A stretch of 31,240 bases of DNA from Desulfotomaculum sp. GTDB taxonomy: Bacteria; Bacillota; Desulfotomaculia; Desulfotomaculales; Desulfohalotomaculaceae. Of the stretch, positions 26,899 to 31,240 are shown piece after piece (within the stretch, counting starts at the first letter, position 1; every line of letters begins with the position of its first letter). The DNA lies in assembly GCA_021129815.1 (NCBI GenBank), contig JAJOKN010000115.1:1-31240 (forward strand), written 5' to 3'. The position numbers were made by a program, and so were the translations under genes. The notes under the pieces were generated by a model. The model saw only the letters and a program-made list of their open reading frames with translations. It did no database searches and was not told where the DNA came from.

Positions 26899-27068
26899 AA
26901 GGATCCTTCACTATTTTATTGTAAAAACTCTTAGTGTCAGCCATGGGGATATAAGGGCTGTTAGCAAGTAGGATATCGGCTCTCTGGTGTAGAAGCTGCG
27001 AGATTAATTGCAGGTCAGCTTTGATGATGCCAGAGGCTCCTGTCTAATACTATTACAAGCGTTTTTGC

Positions 27069-27097
27069 TTGACACAACCTACTTAAACCTATATACT
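27069..27097 (+). promoter_or_regulatory. SigA-type promoter of the pyr operon
   Basis: TTGACA, 17 nt, TATACT. Confidence 0.8.
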
Positions 27098-27116
27098 GTT
27101 ACTCGAATGTAAAGAA

Positions 27117-27148
27117 CCTTTAAATCCGGCACTGTGAGGTCGGGAAGG
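27117..27148 (+). promoter_or_regulatory. PyrR-binding hairpin (anti-antiterminator)
   Basis: CCTT-TAAA-TCCGGC-ACTGTGAG-GTCGGG-AAGG resembles the CUUUAA...GAGG...AAGG PyrR site; lies upstream of pyrR. Confidence 0.75.
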
Positions 27149-27226
27149 GAGAGTACTTGTGTTGATAAAACGTTTTTTGTGCTTAAAACAAGTTTTTGGT
27201 TGTTGCTTAATAAAAATCGCATTTTC

Positions 27227-27281
27227 AAGCCTACTATCAGTGGCAGTGGATGAGTTCATTGTCAATGGTAGTAGGCTTTTT
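27227..27281 (+). terminator. Attenuator terminator of the pyr leader
   Basis: AAGCCTACTATCA/TGGTAGTAGGCTT outer stem with inner TGGCAGTGGA/TCATTGTCA stem, then T tract. Confidence 0.75.
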
Positions 27282-27283
27282 AA

Positions 27284-27856
<573 letters not shown>

Positions 27857-27884
27857 ACAGTTTTTTAAAATTAAAACTGGTGGT

Positions 27885-28838
27885 GTGCTTAAAAAAATGA
27901 GTGGTTTTAATTGTAAACACATATTAGGGCTTAGAGATATTGCGCGTGAAGATATTTGCAAGATACTTAAAACTGCTAAAGCTATGAAGGAAATCATAAG
28001 CCGCCCTATTAAGAAAGTGCCGGCTTTGCGCGGCAAAACGGTAGTGACGTTGTTTTATGAGAACAGCACTCGAACAAAGTTGTCTTTTGACTTGGCTGCG
28101 AAATACTTGAGCGCTGATACAGTGAGTTTGAGTGTTTCAACGAGCAGCGTAAAAAAAGGTGAGAGCTTGATCGACACTGCGCGCACGGTTGAAGCAATGC
28201 GTACAGATATCTTGGTTATGCGTCATCCGGCATCAGGCGCACCAGCGACGTTGAAAAATTACTTAAATTGTGCAATAGTAAATGCAGGCGATGGAATGAA
28301 CGAACATCCTACACAAGCGCTTTTGGATTTGTTCACGATACAGGAGAAAAAAGGCAAAATTGAAGGGCTTAGGGTTGCTATCATAGGTGATATACTTCAC
28401 AGCAGAGTTGCGCGTTCTAATATTTGGGGGCTTAAAAAACTCGGTGCGGAAGTCGCCGTTGCAGCACCTTCTACGCTTATACCACCCGAAATAGAAAAAT
28501 TGGGCGTTGAAGTTTATACAAAAGTAGAAGAGGCGCTAAAAGGTGCGGATGTTGTAAATGTGCTGAGGCTTCAGCTTGAAAGACAGGAGAGCTCTTTGAT
28601 ACCAAGCCTTAGAGAATATGCCATGATGTACTGTATAAACGAGAAACGCTTGAATCACGCTAAAGATGATGTGCTTTTGATGCACCCCGGACCGATGAAC
28701 AGAGGTGTGGAAATTTCTGATGATGTTGCAGACAGCGCTAGGTCTGCAATAAATGAACAGGTTACAAATGGGGTAGCGGTGCGCATGGCAGTTTTGTACC
28801 TGCTTGCCGGAGGTGAAAAGGTTGAAAAAATTGATTAA
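27885..28838 (+). CDS. pyrB: Aspartate carbamoyltransferase catalytic subunit (alternative start ATG 27897)
   Basis: [41 protein letters not shown]. Confidence 0.97.
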   Translation: MLKKMSGFNCKHILGLRDIAREDICKILKTAKAMKEIISRPIKKVPALRGKTVVTLFYENSTRTKLSFDLAAKYLSADTVSLSVSTSSVKKGESLIDTARTVEAMRTDILVMRHPASGAPATLKNYLNCAIVNAGDGMNEHPTQALLDLFTIQEKKGKIEGLRVAIIGDILHSRVARSNIWGLKKLGAEVAVAAPSTLIPPEIEKLGVEVYTKVEEALKGADVVNVLRLQLERQESSLIPSLREYAMMYCINEKRLNHAKDDVLLMHPGPMNRGVEISDDVADSARSAINEQVTNGVAVRMAVLYLLAGGEKVEKID

Positions 28839-30117
28839 AGATGGTTATGTCATAGATACGCAAAACATGACCATGGAGAGAAAAGATGTGCTTATAGAAG
28901 CCAAAACTGTGGTTGCAATAGATAAAAACATCTCGCCGGATGCAGATACACAGGTTATAAATGCAGAAGGAAAACTGGTGTGTCCTGGGCTTATAGATAT
29001 GCATGTGCACTTGCGTGAGCCGGGTTTTGAAGCAAAGGAAACGATTGCTACAGGTACTCTGGCAGCAGTGCATGGTGGATTTAGCGCTGTGGCTTGTATG
29101 CCTAATACAAATCCAGTTTGTGACAGCAAAGCGACGGTGAGATTTATACTGGACAAGGCAAGGATTTTTGCTAAGAGCAAAGTGTATCCGATAGCAGCTA
29201 TAACCAAAGGATCAGAAGGCAAGGAGATTACAGAAATGGCTGATTTGATGGATGCAGGAGCAGTGGCTTTTTCAGATGACGGACAGCCGGTGATGGATGC
29301 AGGCGTTATGTATAAAGCTATGCAGTATGCGAAGATGCTCGATGCTGTCATAATTTCTCATTGTGAGGACAAAGGATTGTCTTCCGATGGAGTTATGAAT
29401 GAGGGATATTACAGCACGATTTTGGGTCTAAAAGGCATACCAAAAGCAGCAGAGGAAATCATGGTGGCAAGGGATATAATACTGGCAAAAGCAACGAAGT
29501 GCAGGCTGCACATAGCGCATGTGAGCACTAAAGGTTCGGTGGAGCTTGTGAGAAGAGCTAAAGAAGATGGCATAAATGTTACATGTGAAGCAGCACCGCA
29601 CCATTTCACTTTAACTGATAGCGCGGTAGAAGGTTATGACACTTCAACCAAAGTGAACCCGCCTTTGAGAAGTGAAGAGGATGTAGAAGCTGTAAAACAA
29701 GGTTTAGCAGATGGTACAATTGACGCAATTGCTACTGATCATGCGCCGCATACTGCTGAAGAAAAGAAGGTAGAATATCAATATGCGCCATTTGGACTTA
29801 TAGGTTTGGAGACAGCAGTAGGGCTTGTGTTCACAGAGCTGGTGGACAAAGGTGTGCTTACACCTGTTCAAGCAGTTTGTAAGCTTACAAAAGCACCGGC
29901 AGACATTCTGAAAATTTCTGGAGGCTTTTTAACCAAAGGATGCACAGCGGATATCACCATAATCGATCCAGATGTTGAGTGCACAGTGAATCCAGAAGAT
30001 TTTAAGAGCAAAGCTAGAAACACTCCATTTGCAGGTAGAAGATTAAAAGGCGCTGCTGTGATGACTATTGTGAACGGGGAAGTAGTTTTTGATAGTCAAA
30101 TAGCATTTGAGAAGTGA
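28822..30117 (+). CDS. pyrC: Dihydroorotase
   Basis: [40 protein letters not shown]; TTG 28822 after GGAGGTG. Confidence 0.96.
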   Translation: MKKLIKDGYVIDTQNMTMERKDVLIEAKTVVAIDKNISPDADTQVINAEGKLVCPGLIDMHVHLREPGFEAKETIATGTLAAVHGGFSAVACMPNTNPVCDSKATVRFILDKARIFAKSKVYPIAAITKGSEGKEITEMADLMDAGAVAFSDDGQPVMDAGVMYKAMQYAKMLDAVIISHCEDKGLSSDGVMNEGYYSTILGLKGIPKAAEEIMVARDIILAKATKCRLHIAHVSTKGSVELVRRAKEDGINVTCEAAPHHFTLTDSAVEGYDTSTKVNPPLRSEEDVEAVKQGLADGTIDAIATDHAPHTAEEKKVEYQYAPFGLIGLETAVGLVFTELVDKGVLTPVQAVCKLTKAPADILKISGGFLTKGCTADITIIDPDVECTVNPEDFKSKARNTPFAGRRLKGAAVMTIVNGEVVFDSQIAFEK

Positions 30118-30153
30118 GAAATGGCACGCAGAAGTTAAAAAGGGGTTTTGTCT

Positions 30154-31221
30154 ATGAAAGCGTTATTAGTTTTAGAAGATGGTTCGGCTTTTGAAGGCAA
30201 GTCATTTGGCGCTAGCGGTGAGTGCTTTGGGGAAGTGGTATTCAATACCAGCATGACTGGTTATCAAGAGATATTGACCGATCCTTCTTACTGCGGGCAG
30301 ATAGTTGTAATGACATATCCGCTTATAGGGAATTATGGAATAAATGACGATGATTTTGAAGCGGAAAAGTCATTTATGCGTGGCTTTGTGGTGAGGGAAA
30401 ACTGTGAAGAGCCAAGCAACTGGCGTTCAAAAAAGAGTGTAAGCCAGTATTTAAAAGAACAAGGAATTGTTGGAATAAGCGGCGTGGATACGAGGGAAAT
30501 TACAAGGATAATAAGAAGTTATGGGGCTATGCGCGGTGTTATAAGCACAGTGGAAGAAGACAGAGAAAAGCTTTTAGAGAAAGTAAAAAAAGCGCCTTTT
30601 TTGACAGGGCAGAACTTAGTTGGCGAAGTATCCACAAAAGAAGTATATACTGTTGCTGGCGATGGCAAGCGCATAGTTCTTATGGATTTTGGCGCTAAAA
30701 AGAACATAATACGCTGCCTCAACAAGCGTGGGTTTGAAGTAGTGGTTGTGCCGCATGACATGGAAGCAGATGATATTATGTCGCTTAACCCAGATGGGCT
30801 CATGCTGTCAAATGGTCCCGGGGATCCGGTTGATGTGCCTAAGTCAATTGAGACGGTAAGAAAACTTATAAACAGACTTCCCATATTTGGAATATGCCTT
30901 GGGCATCAGGTTATTGCTCTGGCTTTGGGGGGTAAGACTTTCAAGTTGAAATTTGGTCACAGGGGAGCCAATCAGCCGGTAAAAGATTTAAAAACAGGCA
31001 GAGTGTATATCACTGCTCAAAATCATGGATTTGCTGTAGCAAAAGACTCGCTGCCATCATATGCACTGGTTTCTCATGTAAACTTAAATGACGGTACTGT
31101 TGAAGGAATAAGGCATAAAGATTTACCGGTATACTCTGTGCAGTATCACCCTGAGGCTGCTCCAGGGCCACAAGATTCAGAATATCTCTTTGATGAATTT
31201 GCGAATATTGTAAACAGTTAA
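30154..31221 (+). CDS. carA: Carbamoyl-phosphate synthase small subunit
   Basis: GEVVFNTSMTGYQE, SNGPGDP, GICLGHQ nucleophile, QYHPE. Confidence 0.97.
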   Translation: MKALLVLEDGSAFEGKSFGASGECFGEVVFNTSMTGYQEILTDPSYCGQIVVMTYPLIGNYGINDDDFEAEKSFMRGFVVRENCEEPSNWRSKKSVSQYLKEQGIVGISGVDTREITRIIRSYGAMRGVISTVEEDREKLLEKVKKAPFLTGQNLVGEVSTKEVYTVAGDGKRIVLMDFGAKKNIIRCLNKRGFEVVVVPHDMEADDIMSLNPDGLMLSNGPGDPVDVPKSIETVRKLINRLPIFGICLGHQVIALALGGKTFKLKFGHRGANQPVKDLKTGRVYITAQNHGFAVAKDSLPSYALVSHVNLNDGTVEGIRHKDLPVYSVQYHPEAAPGPQDSEYLFDEFANIVNS

Positions 31222-31240
31222 ACTTATTAAAAAGCTAAAG

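Overview
AT-rich chromosomal window from a Bacillota (Clostridia-like, probably anaerobic) bacterium; the lineage is inferred from gene content and order. Most of it is housekeeping backbone on the + strand: tRNA-Arg, tadA, two tRNA-Ser, large SRP RNA, dnaX-ybaB-recR-bofA, csfB/gin, a PLP decarboxylase, tmk-holB-ricT-yabA-rsmI, RNase P RNA, cinA-recA, rplM-rpsI, glmM, glmS ribozyme plus glmS, and a PyrR-attenuated pyrR-pyrB-pyrC-carA operon. The accessory part (about 14.4-24.7 kb) is the most interesting. A five-gene redox cassette (ferredoxin, a CooS/CODH homolog lacking its whole middle domain and several C-cluster ligands, HydB/NuoF-like, HydA/NuoG-like without an H-cluster or Mo ligand, HydC/NuoE-like) lies between an internally deleted cwlD and a 5'-truncated cdaR; cdaA is missing from its usual position. 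Other notable signals: an RNase P RNA mixing B-type and A-type elements, with perfectly complementary L5.1 and L15.1 loops; glmM apparently starting at ATC; an Rpn nuclease with a strong internal in-frame start; and a tRNA whose first base is the last base of the tadA stop codon. All calls come from reading the sequence by eye; no searches or folding programs were run.
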